This document shows positions 9,081 through 18,907 of a DNA stretch of 27,246 bases, piece after piece. The notes under the pieces were generated by a model. The model worked only from the letters and a program-made list of their open reading frames with translations. It was not told where the DNA came from and ran no database searches. This DNA comes from a virus. Its lineage: Duplodnaviria > Caudoviricetes. The stretch's first letter is position 1, and each line of letters opens with the position of its first letter. The stretch lies in IMG/VR virus record IMGVR_UViG_3300044674_005499, positions 1 through 27,246 of that record. One strand, 5' to 3'. The position numbers and the translations under genes are program-made.

Positions 9081-11483
9081 ATGGAATTAAGTATAGCAAC
9101 AGGCAACGCCACCGCAATTGAAGCTCAAACAGTTGAGTCCGTGTTGCCCGAACATTTTGAAAGTTCCGCGCCGGAATTAATCAAGTTACTTAAGGCTTAT
9201 TATCGCCATCTTAATAAAGAACTCTCGGCCTCTTATGAGCTAAATAACTTGATACGACATCACGACGTTGACGTTGCAAGTGAAAAATATTTGGATGTAA
9301 TTGAGCGAATGGTCGGATCGGCTATTCCGCAAAACCGTTCGCTTGACCGCGTAAGATTGTATAAGGTCATTGCTGATTACTATAACAGCCGAGGATCAGA
9401 GGAAAGCGTTTATGCTTTCTTTCGTATTTTCTACAATGAATTTGTAACTCTGGTTTATCCAAAAGAACTCTTATTCTCTACAAGTGATCCTGATAAAGGA
9501 ACCACTTCAACAGAGAATCGTATTCGGGACAGTTACCGTTGGCAAGAATTTTCATATGTAGTTAACTCCGGAACTGATCAAGCAGAATGGATAAATGAAT
9601 ATCTTAAATTTGTTCACCCGGCCGGACTTAAATTCTTTATCGCTCTAACACTTGAAATTTTTGCAGATAACGATTGGGTTCAAGAGGCGCTTGAGTATTA
9701 CTTAAATGTTACAAAGGTTGTTAAACTTACTTCAGAGTTACCAACCGGAGAGAACGCTCCTGCGGATGGAACACTTTATATTGTGACGGATGGCGACGAC
9801 AGCGAAAGTCCTATTACAAAATTCAATAATATTCCGCGGGTATTTGAATATAATACAGAAACCTCGCCTGCGGCATGGGTAGAAACCGATTCTGTTCAAT
9901 CCTTTGCAGACTGGATTGATTGGTCGACATTCTTTGGACAACACACACCACAGGATCAGTATTTAAATGTGGCGTTTACATATATGATAAAGGTTCTAAT
10001 GGGTGATGGGGGTTATCATTACCTTACGCACATTAGATCAATTTATGATCAAAAGGGCGAATCAGTGGTTGATCGCGATTTGTTAAAAGCGTTTTTTAAC
10101 AATTTGATTATTTCATATAGAATGCTGAATGATAATACCATTCAAACTGCTTTTAGAGCGGTCTGGAATAAGGATATTAAATTTGTTGATAATGCGGGGT
10201 GGGGTGAGTTTGGAGAAGCGACAATCGCAGAAGCTGATTCTGATTATACAAAATATTCCGACGGAGGATTTAAATATCCTTCGGCTTTTGCGGCACTTGA
10301 TCAATCGGCCGATCCGTATCTTGACTTTATTGATGAAGATACTATTGTTGAAGATTGGAACGAACCTTCAGAATCTCCAATTACATATGTACCTTCATCG
10401 TTGAGTTCAAGTGAGTATACCGAAGGTTGGGTCGCATTTATCTTTTATTCAGGTGATGAATCCGAGATTTCACCGTGGGAAATTGACCAAAATCTTATTC
10501 GTTATACTTCTGCAACAGCTGATGGATTTATTCACCTTTACGATGATCGCATTGAGTTTGGTGATGATACAATTCAGGTTGGCGATGTATATGTAAACGG
10601 CGATCTTGTTCTTAATCGAGACGAAACAAATTACTCAAGTACCGATTCAAATTTAGATTTTGCTTTCCCACTTCTTGAAGGTGGATGGAAACACGTTCTT
10701 TGTAGAGTTAAATGGAAAATCCCCTCAGATACAATTACATCAGAGAGTGGAATTGATCCAGAGTTTAGGGCAATCTATACTTCTGAAGCTTTTTCAACAG
10801 GTGACTTAAACATTACAAAGTTTAGATCAAATCTCCAGTCGCTTCTTGATAGAATTCAAGGTGTTACACTTTACACCGACACACCTTCAGAATATAAGGT
10901 TAGCTATAATACCCACTTTAATAACTTTAGTACTGGAGCATTAATTGACTTTTTTACTCTTTCTTTTCGATCCTCTCTGAGTATTTCTGAATTTGATTTA
11001 ATATTTGATCCTGATGCTTCGCCACAGGTAACAGAAACATTTACATTTACTGGTATTACAGAAGTTACTGATAGTGATAGTCCGCCGAATGTGATTGATA
11101 TTGAACATCGATACGATTCCTCCACCTCAGATCTTTATTTCCTATTTTCTGTATCAGAAGGTTACTGGGCGCTTTATGATGGTTCTTATTCGCCTGATAT
11201 ACTTCTTCAAAAGACCGTTGATCAGCGAGGGAATACTGTTCCGGAAATAAACACGTCTGAATTTACATGGGAGGTACAGGAAACAAGTGAAATTACTGCG
11301 ATCTCTTCCGCTACTCGCTTTATAAATATTGTATATGACCTTGGGTGGACAGATCAAGATTCGCCGTATGATTCTCCATTAAATTCACGAAGTTTCTTAA
11401 GTGGGTTTGACGATGATTCACCAGGATACGAATACGATACAAGAACCGACTTTTTGAATTCTTTTAAATTTACCAAAGACTAA
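9081..11483 (+). CDS. gp7: Baseplate wedge initiator gp7-like, with a long acidic C-terminal extension
   Basis: Lies between gp6 and gp8. LPEHF...LLKAYY, YYNSRGSEESVYAFFRIFYNE, RIRDSYRWQEFSYVV and FVHPAGLKFF are gp7-type motifs in the first ~190 aa. The remainder is divergent. Confidence 0.8.
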   Translation: MELSIATGNATAIEAQTVESVLPEHFESSAPELIKLLKAYYRHLNKELSASYELNNLIRHHDVDVASEKYLDVIERMVGSAIPQNRSLDRVRLYKVIADYYNSRGSEESVYAFFRIFYNEFVTLVYPKELLFSTSDPDKGTTSTENRIRDSYRWQEFSYVVNSGTDQAEWINEYLKFVHPAGLKFFIALTLEIFADNDWVQEALEYYLNVTKVVKLTSELPTGENAPADGTLYIVTDGDDSESPITKFNNIPRVFEYNTETSPAAWVETDSVQSFADWIDWSTFFGQHTPQDQYLNVAFTYMIKVLMGDGGYHYLTHIRSIYDQKGESVVDRDLLKAFFNNLIISYRMLNDNTIQTAFRAVWNKDIKFVDNAGWGEFGEATIAEADSDYTKYSDGGFKYPSAFAALDQSADPYLDFIDEDTIVEDWNEPSESPITYVPSSLSSSEYTEGWVAFIFYSGDESEISPWEIDQNLIRYTSATADGFIHLYDDRIEFGDDTIQVGDVYVNGDLVLNRDETNYSSTDSNLDFAFPLLEGGWKHVLCRVKWKIPSDTITSESGIDPEFRAIYTSEAFSTGDLNITKFRSNLQSLLDRIQGVTLYTDTPSEYKVSYNTHFNNFSTGALIDFFTLSFRSSLSISEFDLIFDPDASPQVTETFTFTGITEVTDSDSPPNVIDIEHRYDSSTSDLYFLFSVSEGYWALYDGSYSPDILLQKTVDQRGNTVPEINTSEFTWEVQETSEITAISSATRFINIVYDLGWTDQDSPYDSPLNSRSFLSGFDDDSPGYEYDTRTDFLNSFKFTKD

Positions 11484-11497
11484 TCTATTAATTCAAG

Positions 11498-11505
11498 TAT
11501 AAATA
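11498..11505 (+). promoter_or_regulatory. T4-type late promoter TATAAATA
   Basis: Exact consensus in the intergenic gap, 6 nt before the gp8 ATG at 11512. Confidence 0.85.
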
Positions 11506-11511
11506 AACGTT

Positions 11512-13479
11512 ATGGCAGCCATTATAACAGAACAATTCCGATTAAATTCCGCGGATATTTTGGAATCAGATATTACGAGTAATTCCTATTATGTAGGCAT
11601 TGGTCAGCAAGATGCATGGGATGATGTAACTGGCACATCTGCTTCATCACCGTATCCAGTTGGAACATTTAAAGACCAACAACGTGTACTTGATCACATC
11701 ACTGGTTTATTCAAAGTTAATTCCAATAACCTTTCCCGCGTTATTCCTCGCAACGATCTTACAATATCAAGTAAATGTAAAGCATATGATCCGCTTGATC
11801 CCACATGTTTTTACGCAGATACGACAAATAACATTAAGCCTTGCTATGTCATGGTTGATGATCAGATTTTCCTGTGTTTACAAACTCCCGCTGATGGTTC
11901 TGCGATTGATTCCACTGTTATAGACGCGCTTGGGGGCACCTTTGTTGATTATGGTATTGTTACAACAACATCAGGTTATACATTTACATACCTTGGAAGA
12001 TTTGACCAATACAGTGATATTAATAGTTCAAGTTTTGTTGATATTGGTGATGGCAGTGCGACAACCTCTTCATTGGACGCAACTAATGCTGCATTTGCCT
12101 ATGTTCAGTTTACTGATGGAACATTAAAATTGGAAGCTCAAACGGCGGGTGTCTCTGGAAACGATATTAGCGTTACCTTTGAGCTTGATGATACAAGTCC
12201 TTTTATTAGTGGCATTAATATTACCCAAGATGGGAACGATGTTACTATTACCGTTCCTACGAATTCCGACAGTCCTGCAGGGACGGTTGATCTTACGATT
12301 GACCAACTTGCTCAAGCAATTCGCGATGCGATTGAAGATTCCCCAGCATCTACGCTAATCACTGCCAGTACACTTTCTGGGGGAAGTACTCTTGCTGATA
12401 TTGAAAATCTTACAACTTCGCCAGCTACGTTTACACTTGGTGGAAGTAATAATCTTACAACATATATTAAACAAAAGACAGGTGGTCTTCTTTACGGTTT
12501 TAATCTGATTAACGGAGGTAATGTTTATCAACCTGCGTCCAACCAGTTCACCGAAGGCGACACAACTGTTACCTTTCAAGCTGATGTAACGCTTCAAGGA
12601 ACAGATGAATTTGGATTTTCACGGTCTTTAACTCTTACTGATGCAGACTATGTTATTAACATAGCCGATAAAAAGATTAGTGCGATTCGCTTAACATCAA
12701 CTCACCTTGATGAATCCTTTACAAGTGGAGATCTTCTTGCATGGAAAAACTGCAGAGTGGATATCAGTGATATTGAAACACTTCGCGGAACAGAGATTCT
12801 TGCCTTTGCTGATGGCGATGCAACTTACGCAGCAGAGGCCTTAAGACACGACGCGATTGCCATGCCAAAGATTGGACCAATTGAAGGATTTGGATTTGAG
12901 AAATACAAAACACTTCCAGCCTTTTACGTTGGTTTGTTTGTCGATACCGGAAATGCTACGTATATTCCAAGTGACACCGATTATCATCAGGTTTCTCTTA
13001 TCAAAAATCCGCAAAGTACAAGTGGTGGTAATCTTGCTGGTTCTTATTTCCAACCACTTCAATACTTTACCTTTCCTGACACTCAGGAAATACCTGAAGA
13101 CATTGCAACAGGCGATATTGGCGCAGGTTGGCAAATCATTCAAGATGGTAAAAAGGTTGGTGTTATTTCTCACGTGCAAACTGTTGAAAGCGGTGTAGCT
13201 CTTGATCCTTATAGATACTATTATTACAACGATCATTACTACGGTTACGAACCAATTCAGGTATCCTCAGTAACCGACGAAGCTTCCGCTATAACATTTG
13301 AGCCTCCTAAAGATGACATACTTGGCGCAGCTACTGTTACTACATCTCTTATTCCCGATAATAACTATGAGGGAACTTACGAGCAAGGTACTGGTGAGGT
13401 AGTGTTTATCGACAACCGTGCTACAATTACTAGAGAAGAAGGTCAAAACGAAGAGCTCAAGCTCATAATTCAATTATAA
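11512..13479 (+). CDS. gp8: Baseplate wedge subunit gp8-like, enlarged to 655 aa
   Basis: Starts MAAIITEQFRLNSA...YYVGIG, contains SRVIPR, YVM...IFLCL, GYTFTYL and YHQVSLIKNP, and ends GEVVFIDNRATITREEGQNEELKLIIQL. This is the gp8 pattern of marine/cyanophage-like T4 relatives. Confidence 0.85.
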   Translation: MAAIITEQFRLNSADILESDITSNSYYVGIGQQDAWDDVTGTSASSPYPVGTFKDQQRVLDHITGLFKVNSNNLSRVIPRNDLTISSKCKAYDPLDPTCFYADTTNNIKPCYVMVDDQIFLCLQTPADGSAIDSTVIDALGGTFVDYGIVTTTSGYTFTYLGRFDQYSDINSSSFVDIGDGSATTSSLDATNAAFAYVQFTDGTLKLEAQTAGVSGNDISVTFELDDTSPFISGINITQDGNDVTITVPTNSDSPAGTVDLTIDQLAQAIRDAIEDSPASTLITASTLSGGSTLADIENLTTSPATFTLGGSNNLTTYIKQKTGGLLYGFNLINGGNVYQPASNQFTEGDTTVTFQADVTLQGTDEFGFSRSLTLTDADYVINIADKKISAIRLTSTHLDESFTSGDLLAWKNCRVDISDIETLRGTEILAFADGDATYAAEALRHDAIAMPKIGPIEGFGFEKYKTLPAFYVGLFVDTGNATYIPSDTDYHQVSLIKNPQSTSGGNLAGSYFQPLQYFTFPDTQEIPEDIATGDIGAGWQIIQDGKKVGVISHVQTVESGVALDPYRYYYYNDHYYGYEPIQVSSVTDEASAITFEPPKDDILGAATVTTSLIPDNNYEGTYEQGTGEVVFIDNRATITREEGQNEELKLIIQL

Positions 13480-13485
13480 TTTATA

Positions 13486-16400
13486 ATGGCAATCACTGCT
13501 TACACAACAAAGTATTACGACGACGTTAATACTCCGGACACTTCCGGTTTAACGCCCCTTGATAAAAACTACCTAAGGGTTTTATTCCAGCCGGGCCGAA
13601 CGGTTCAAGCAAGGGAATTAAACCAGGCTCAGTCGCTTCTTCAAGCTCAACTTGATCGTTTAGGCCAAAGTTTATTTAAACCAAACAGCGCTATAGTTGG
13701 GGGTGAGTGCAATGTCGATAATACTCTAAGTTTTATTGATGCTGAGTTTGTATCTGAAAGTGCTGGAACGGATTTCTTAAATAAGTTTAATGACGGAGAA
13801 AAATTCGGACTTAAGGATATATCCGTTACTACCTCGGCAACGCTAGTTCATGCTGAACTTGTTAGTGGAGCAACGTACCGTCTTTTTATTCAGTATATAA
13901 ATTCAGACTCTCAAAACGAAAGCGCGGAATTCACATCTGGTAGTGCTATTATTGAGGGGATAAACTCATATTCAGAAACGATTGCTGTTCCTAATACCGG
14001 AAAGGCTCTTAGCGCAACTCTTTCCAACGGCGTTTTCTTTGTAAAAGGATGCTTGGCCAGTAGCACAGAGCAATTGGTAGTACGTGCGTTAGGAACGGAC
14101 GAGCTCTTTGACGGATACGTGGTTTTAAAGATTGAAGAAAACCAAGTTCCTGCAGAAAGTGATCAAACACTTTTTGATAATGCCAATGGAACAGCTAACT
14201 TTTCTGCTCCAGGTGCCGACCGTTATCAAATCGGTTTAACACTGGAAATTGTAGAGGATTTTAACGAAGACAATGACCATGTTGTTCTTCTTCAAATTAA
14301 AGATAACGAAGTTATTATTGTTCAAAATCCAATTGATAACAGTAATGCCACTCTTGAAAAGGTTCTTGCTCAGCGTACATTTGAAGAAAGCGGGAGTTAT
14401 ACGGTTAATGATTTTAACGTTGAGATTCAGGAGGTTCTAAGCTCTGAATCGTTTACTGGACGTTATAAGAACAGTACTGCTGCAAATGATCTTTCCCAGT
14501 CAGAAGCCGATGGAAAATTTGCTGCCACGCTTTCGCCTTCGGTGGCTTATATCCGCGGCAAAAGAATAGAGCTCTCCGGCCCACTTACTCTTCTAGGAGA
14601 TAAAGCAAGGGTTTCCTCAGCTGATCTTCGCGATGGAGTTTTGGAAAACGGCTCAGTAGTTGCCAGCATGGGTAATTATGTTGAAGGTAATTTTAGAAAC
14701 CTTATTTCGCCTCATACCGGGGGAGGTATTCCTTTCCTAGATAATTACAGCCGTGAATATAACCTCTTTGACTCTAGCGTAGACTCTCCGCGTGTACCTA
14801 TTGGCACATGTAAAATTCTCTCGGTTGAATTTGTAAGCGGGACCAAATACCGTGTGTTTCTTCATGCTATTTCTCTCAATGCCGGAAAGATTTTTGATGA
14901 TGTTGAAACTATTGAAGGCGCGGCAGTTGATGATTATGGTACTGTTGATTTTGAAGTTCAAACAAGAAACGGAATTAAGTTACACGACACTAACATTAAT
15001 TCAGCCCTCTTCCAATTGCCTTACACTACAGTTAAAAAGTTTAATTCAATTCAAGTGTCAGAGAAGGTTAACTTTAGCTCAACTGTTGGAGCTGATTCTC
15101 GTGTAACCTTTGATGTTACAGGAGCAACATTTGATAAGAGTGCTTCTTCGATTTTGGTTTATAACGAAAATCAAACCGAAGTACTAGAGCCAACCGACTT
15201 TACTGTTGTCTCTGATTCCGATGTTGATTCTATTACTCTTGAAATTACGTCTGCTGATGAAGGTGATACCATTGGTATTATCGGCACGGTGGTTAAAGAT
15301 CTTGTTGACCTTGGTATTAAAACAAAGACGACCGAAACAATAACTTTAGACATTAGCCCAGCTCCAGCTGTTGATGATATTGTTGAACTACCTGGTGTTT
15401 ACCATCTCATCAGCGTTGAAGATGATAACTTTGAACTTGTAACTGACGGCCAAACATCAACTCAATATACATCTGCTAAGGTTCGTTGCCTTAAGGCTGG
15501 AGAAACAACTGTTGATGTTGTGCATTGGAAATTTAGTGGAGGTAACTATTATACAGTAAACAGTTACAGAAATGCTGGTGGTGGTCAAGCCTCTCTTGAT
15601 GATATCCCTCTTTATAACGGTAATCGTTTGGGTGACTTCTTTGACGTTCGTCCTTATCCAGACACAACAGATATTCTTGCGCTTGATCCTTATAGCGCAA
15701 TCACTGGTAAGATTGACTATTATCTGCCAAGGATTGACTCAATAACGATTTTGGATAATGGAGATTTCTCTATTGAAAAAGGAACGCCCAGTCTTACTCC
15801 TGTTCCTCCAGTTACTTCATCCAATGGTTTGATTCTTTTTAACTTAAATGTTCCTCCTTATACATTTGAGGCGACGAACATTTTGATTCAATCATTCAAC
15901 CATCAGCGTTATACAATGCGCGATATTGGTAGGATTGATAAAAGGGTATCCACACTGGAATATTACACAACGCTTTCGCTTTTGGAAAAGAGCGCTAATG
16001 ATAAAAGTATTTTTGACGCTGATGGTACCTCACGATTTAAGAATGGTATCGTGACAGACGGATTTAGAAACTTTACAATTGGTGACGAAGCAAACATTGA
16101 TTTTAGGTGCCATTACGAGACGGATAGAGGCCATCTTTATCCAGAATTTGACTCTTACAGCATTCCGCTTGAATTAACGTCATCAAGCGGGGTTGATGTT
16201 GACAGCGCTTCCGAATTTACCAAAAGTGGTGCTCACAACGAGGTTTTAACGCTTCCTTTTAACGAAGTTGAATATATCAACCAACCTTATGCCACGCAAT
16301 TTATAAGTGTTCAACCTTACGATTCAGTTGCGCTCCGCGGTTCCCTGAATCTCGTTCCTGAAGTTGATACGTGGAAAGATACAATCACCGAGCCACCGAG

Positions 16401-18906
16401 AAACATAGACCTATCTCGGTTGATTCCCGGAGCCGGCCAATCAGGTCTACGACAAGCCCAAGCAGAAGCGCGGAGACAACGCCGGCGAGCTGGCCAGCGA
16501 ATCGGCGGTCGCCGCGGTCGGGGAGGACGTCGCAATCGCCGTCGACCTCGTACGAACGGTTGGAGGCGCACAAGCATCCGTCGGGCCCCGGGGCTTCCTA
16601 ATAGATGGTGGGAAGTAACCGAACAAAGAGAGATAGTGGATGTGCAGGTAGTTCAAACTCAAATTACAGAGAACCTTGGAGAATTCTTAACCGATGTTGA
16701 GATTAAACCGTATGCAAGATCAAAGGCGGTATATTTTAGGGCTCAATCTCTTAAACCAAATACTAAGTTTTACCTATTTGTTGACGATATTGATGTTACT
16801 AATTACGCTCACTTACTAACACAGGATGATATTGTAAACAGCCACGATCACACCGACCTTGGTCGGAATGTTAGCTCCATTGAAGAAGAGATCCAAAATG
16901 TGAAGTTTCTCGAAGATGGGATTGAGATTCCAACATGGTTTGGCACACGTTGGAGCGCCTTAAAGGCATCGGATCGAGCCTTTGCAAGCAGCCTTACTAA
17001 TCGTACTGCCGGCGCTGCCAAAAATTTCTGGAGCTATGTTAATACTATTATTACAGAAGTTGAAGCTGGGAGCGGGACTGACGCCGAGAAGGAAAGACAA
17101 ATCAACGACTTGCTTCCGGGCTTTGACCAATCCAGCTTAGCACAATATGACGGTGCGGATGAAGCCACGCTTCTCGACACGTTTGTTCCTTCAGATATTA
17201 TCTCTGATGCTAACGGCGTAGCAGAAGGTATTCTTGTTATTCCTAATAACGACAACCTTAAATTCTCTTCTGGAGAAAAGACTGTTACCATTACAAATTC
17301 ACCTCGCAATTTGGAAAGCGAGTCCACGAGTAATGCTAACGCGAGGTATATTTCAAACGGACTTGAAACCAACAAGCAGTCTATAAGCCTTAGTGTTACA
17401 CTTCCTCGTGTTGTCAATAATAGCCGAACTGAAACTCGAACTCGTAATATATATGATCCGATTGCTCAGAGCTTTGCGGTTACAGAAGATACTGGTATTT
17501 TTACTACATCAATTGATCTGTTCTTTGCAGGAAAACCTGCTGAAAACGTAAAAGTTCCGATTCAGTCATACATTGTAACAACAGTGAACGGTTACCCAAC
17601 AGATGATATTGTCCCAGGTAGCGAAGCGGTGGTTGATTGGGAAGATGTTAGAACAAGTGCGGATGGATCTATCCCAACTACGTTTAGATATCCTTATCCA
17701 GTTTATCTGTCACCAGATACGGAATACGCGATGGTTTGTTTCTCGACAAGCTTCGAATACACCGCTTACATTGCAGAGCTTGGGGGAGATAAAACAGATC
17801 TTATCACAGGTCATATTATTAGTTCACAGCCTGTACTTGGAACATTTTTTGCGAGTTCAAATAAAACCACTTGGACAGCAATGCAAAATAGGGATTTAAA
17901 ATTTATCCTCCGCCGAGGATCATTTGCCACCAATCAAACCGCTCAGCTTGTATCAAACCCACAGATGGGAACGCACCTTGAAGAAATCGAGGTAGAAAAT
18001 ATGTCTAACAACTCCGGTTGGGATGCTCTTACTACAACAGTAACCATTGAAGCTCCATTTACTACTGTGGTTGATAATGAAGGCGTTGTTACAAAGGCTG
18101 AATTTGAAGGTGGAATTACTGCTACTGCGATTCCGATATTTGATCCTGCGGATGATTCGATTGCGAGCATTGATATTACTAAAAAGGGTTTTGGGTATCT
18201 TGAAGCGCCAACAGTAACAATTACTGATGGAACAAAAACCGAAACGCTGCTAGCAACGATGCCACAATACAATGTTGGAGCGTTTGCCTTAAATCAAAAA
18301 GCCATTAACCTTGGGGGTAAAACATCTATTCGGAACGAGGTTTACCTTGAAGATACTAAGTATGATGTTGAAGTTGGTACTCCAGTTGAATATATTACAA
18401 ACCAGAACCACAATATTCAAGGATCAAATATTGACAAAACTCGGCTTCAAACATTCTTTAGTTCAACGGATGAAAGGGTAACACCCGTTATTAATCGAGA
18501 TTTTTCACTAGAGACAAGGGACTATTTCATTAATGAAACAGGAGATACATCTCAATACCTCAGTAAAGAGTTTCCTCTTGATAACTTGAGTGATCAGATT
18601 GATATGTATCTTGATATCAATCGACCAAGTTCTACTTCAAATATTGAGGTGTATGCTCAACTTAAAGATGCAAACGGTTCGATTATTGAAAGTACTGAAA
18701 CAGATACCGATTGGCATTCACTTAGCGCGATTAGTCCTACTTCAATTCCGATTAATACCAACCGTGACGAATTTAGCGAAGTGCGATTTAATCTTAATAG
18801 CGGAACAACCGAGTTTAGTTCCTTTATAATTAAGATTGTAATGCGCGGAGAATACTACGGTGATGCGCCGTTCGCAAAGGATCTAAGAATAATCGCAACT
18901 GTTTAA
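13486..18906 (+). CDS. Large virion structural protein, VrlC/DUF4815-like (1806 aa)
   Basis: Characteristic motifs of the conserved VrlC-like gene that follows gp8 in many large myoviruses: YYDD...KNYLRVLFQPGRTVQARELNQAQSLLQAQ, LFDNANGTANFSAPGADRYQI, LAQRTFEESGSYTV, YYLPRID, RYTMRDIGRIDKRVSTLEYYTTLSLLE, RFKNGIVTDGF, DPIAQSF, and terminal DLRIIA. Confidence 0.88.
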   Translation: MAITAYTTKYYDDVNTPDTSGLTPLDKNYLRVLFQPGRTVQARELNQAQSLLQAQLDRLGQSLFKPNSAIVGGECNVDNTLSFIDAEFVSESAGTDFLNKFNDGEKFGLKDISVTTSATLVHAELVSGATYRLFIQYINSDSQNESAEFTSGSAIIEGINSYSETIAVPNTGKALSATLSNGVFFVKGCLASSTEQLVVRALGTDELFDGYVVLKIEENQVPAESDQTLFDNANGTANFSAPGADRYQIGLTLEIVEDFNEDNDHVVLLQIKDNEVIIVQNPIDNSNATLEKVLAQRTFEESGSYTVNDFNVEIQEVLSSESFTGRYKNSTAANDLSQSEADGKFAATLSPSVAYIRGKRIELSGPLTLLGDKARVSSADLRDGVLENGSVVASMGNYVEGNFRNLISPHTGGGIPFLDNYSREYNLFDSSVDSPRVPIGTCKILSVEFVSGTKYRVFLHAISLNAGKIFDDVETIEGAAVDDYGTVDFEVQTRNGIKLHDTNINSALFQLPYTTVKKFNSIQVSEKVNFSSTVGADSRVTFDVTGATFDKSASSILVYNENQTEVLEPTDFTVVSDSDVDSITLEITSADEGDTIGIIGTVVKDLVDLGIKTKTTETITLDISPAPAVDDIVELPGVYHLISVEDDNFELVTDGQTSTQYTSAKVRCLKAGETTVDVVHWKFSGGNYYTVNSYRNAGGGQASLDDIPLYNGNRLGDFFDVRPYPDTTDILALDPYSAITGKIDYYLPRIDSITILDNGDFSIEKGTPSLTPVPPVTSSNGLILFNLNVPPYTFEATNILIQSFNHQRYTMRDIGRIDKRVSTLEYYTTLSLLEKSANDKSIFDADGTSRFKNGIVTDGFRNFTIGDEANIDFRCHYETDRGHLYPEFDSYSIPLELTSSSGVDVDSASEFTKSGAHNEVLTLPFNEVEYINQPYATQFISVQPYDSVALRGSLNLVPEVDTWKDTITEPPRNIDLSRLIPGAGQSGLRQAQAEARRQRRRAGQRIGGRRGRGGRRNRRRPRTNGWRRTSIRRAPGLPNRWWEVTEQREIVDVQVVQTQITENLGEFLTDVEIKPYARSKAVYFRAQSLKPNTKFYLFVDDIDVTNYAHLLTQDDIVNSHDHTDLGRNVSSIEEEIQNVKFLEDGIEIPTWFGTRWSALKASDRAFASSLTNRTAGAAKNFWSYVNTIITEVEAGSGTDAEKERQINDLLPGFDQSSLAQYDGADEATLLDTFVPSDIISDANGVAEGILVIPNNDNLKFSSGEKTVTITNSPRNLESESTSNANARYISNGLETNKQSISLSVTLPRVVNNSRTETRTRNIYDPIAQSFAVTEDTGIFTTSIDLFFAGKPAENVKVPIQSYIVTTVNGYPTDDIVPGSEAVVDWEDVRTSADGSIPTTFRYPYPVYLSPDTEYAMVCFSTSFEYTAYIAELGGDKTDLITGHIISSQPVLGTFFASSNKTTWTAMQNRDLKFILRRGSFATNQTAQLVSNPQMGTHLEEIEVENMSNNSGWDALTTTVTIEAPFTTVVDNEGVVTKAEFEGGITATAIPIFDPADDSIASIDITKKGFGYLEAPTVTITDGTKTETLLATMPQYNVGAFALNQKAINLGGKTSIRNEVYLEDTKYDVEVGTPVEYITNQNHNIQGSNIDKTRLQTFFSSTDERVTPVINRDFSLETRDYFINETGDTSQYLSKEFPLDNLSDQIDMYLDINRPSSTSNIEVYAQLKDANGSIIESTETDTDWHSLSAISPTSIPINTNRDEFSEVRFNLNSGTTEFSSFIIKIVMRGEYYGDAPFAKDLRIIATV

Positions 18907-18907
18907 T

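Noticed and set aside
11321-11328. Perfect TATAAATA inside the 3' end of gp7
   Set aside because: It is intragenic in AT-rich sequence, and gp8 already has an intergenic copy. It could be a tandem promoter, but this cannot be supported from sequence alone.
16317-16662. Cluster of overlapping ORFs on both strands at the Arg-rich segment
   Set aside because: Explained by the local high GC content, which depletes stop codons. There is no independent evidence of overprinting.
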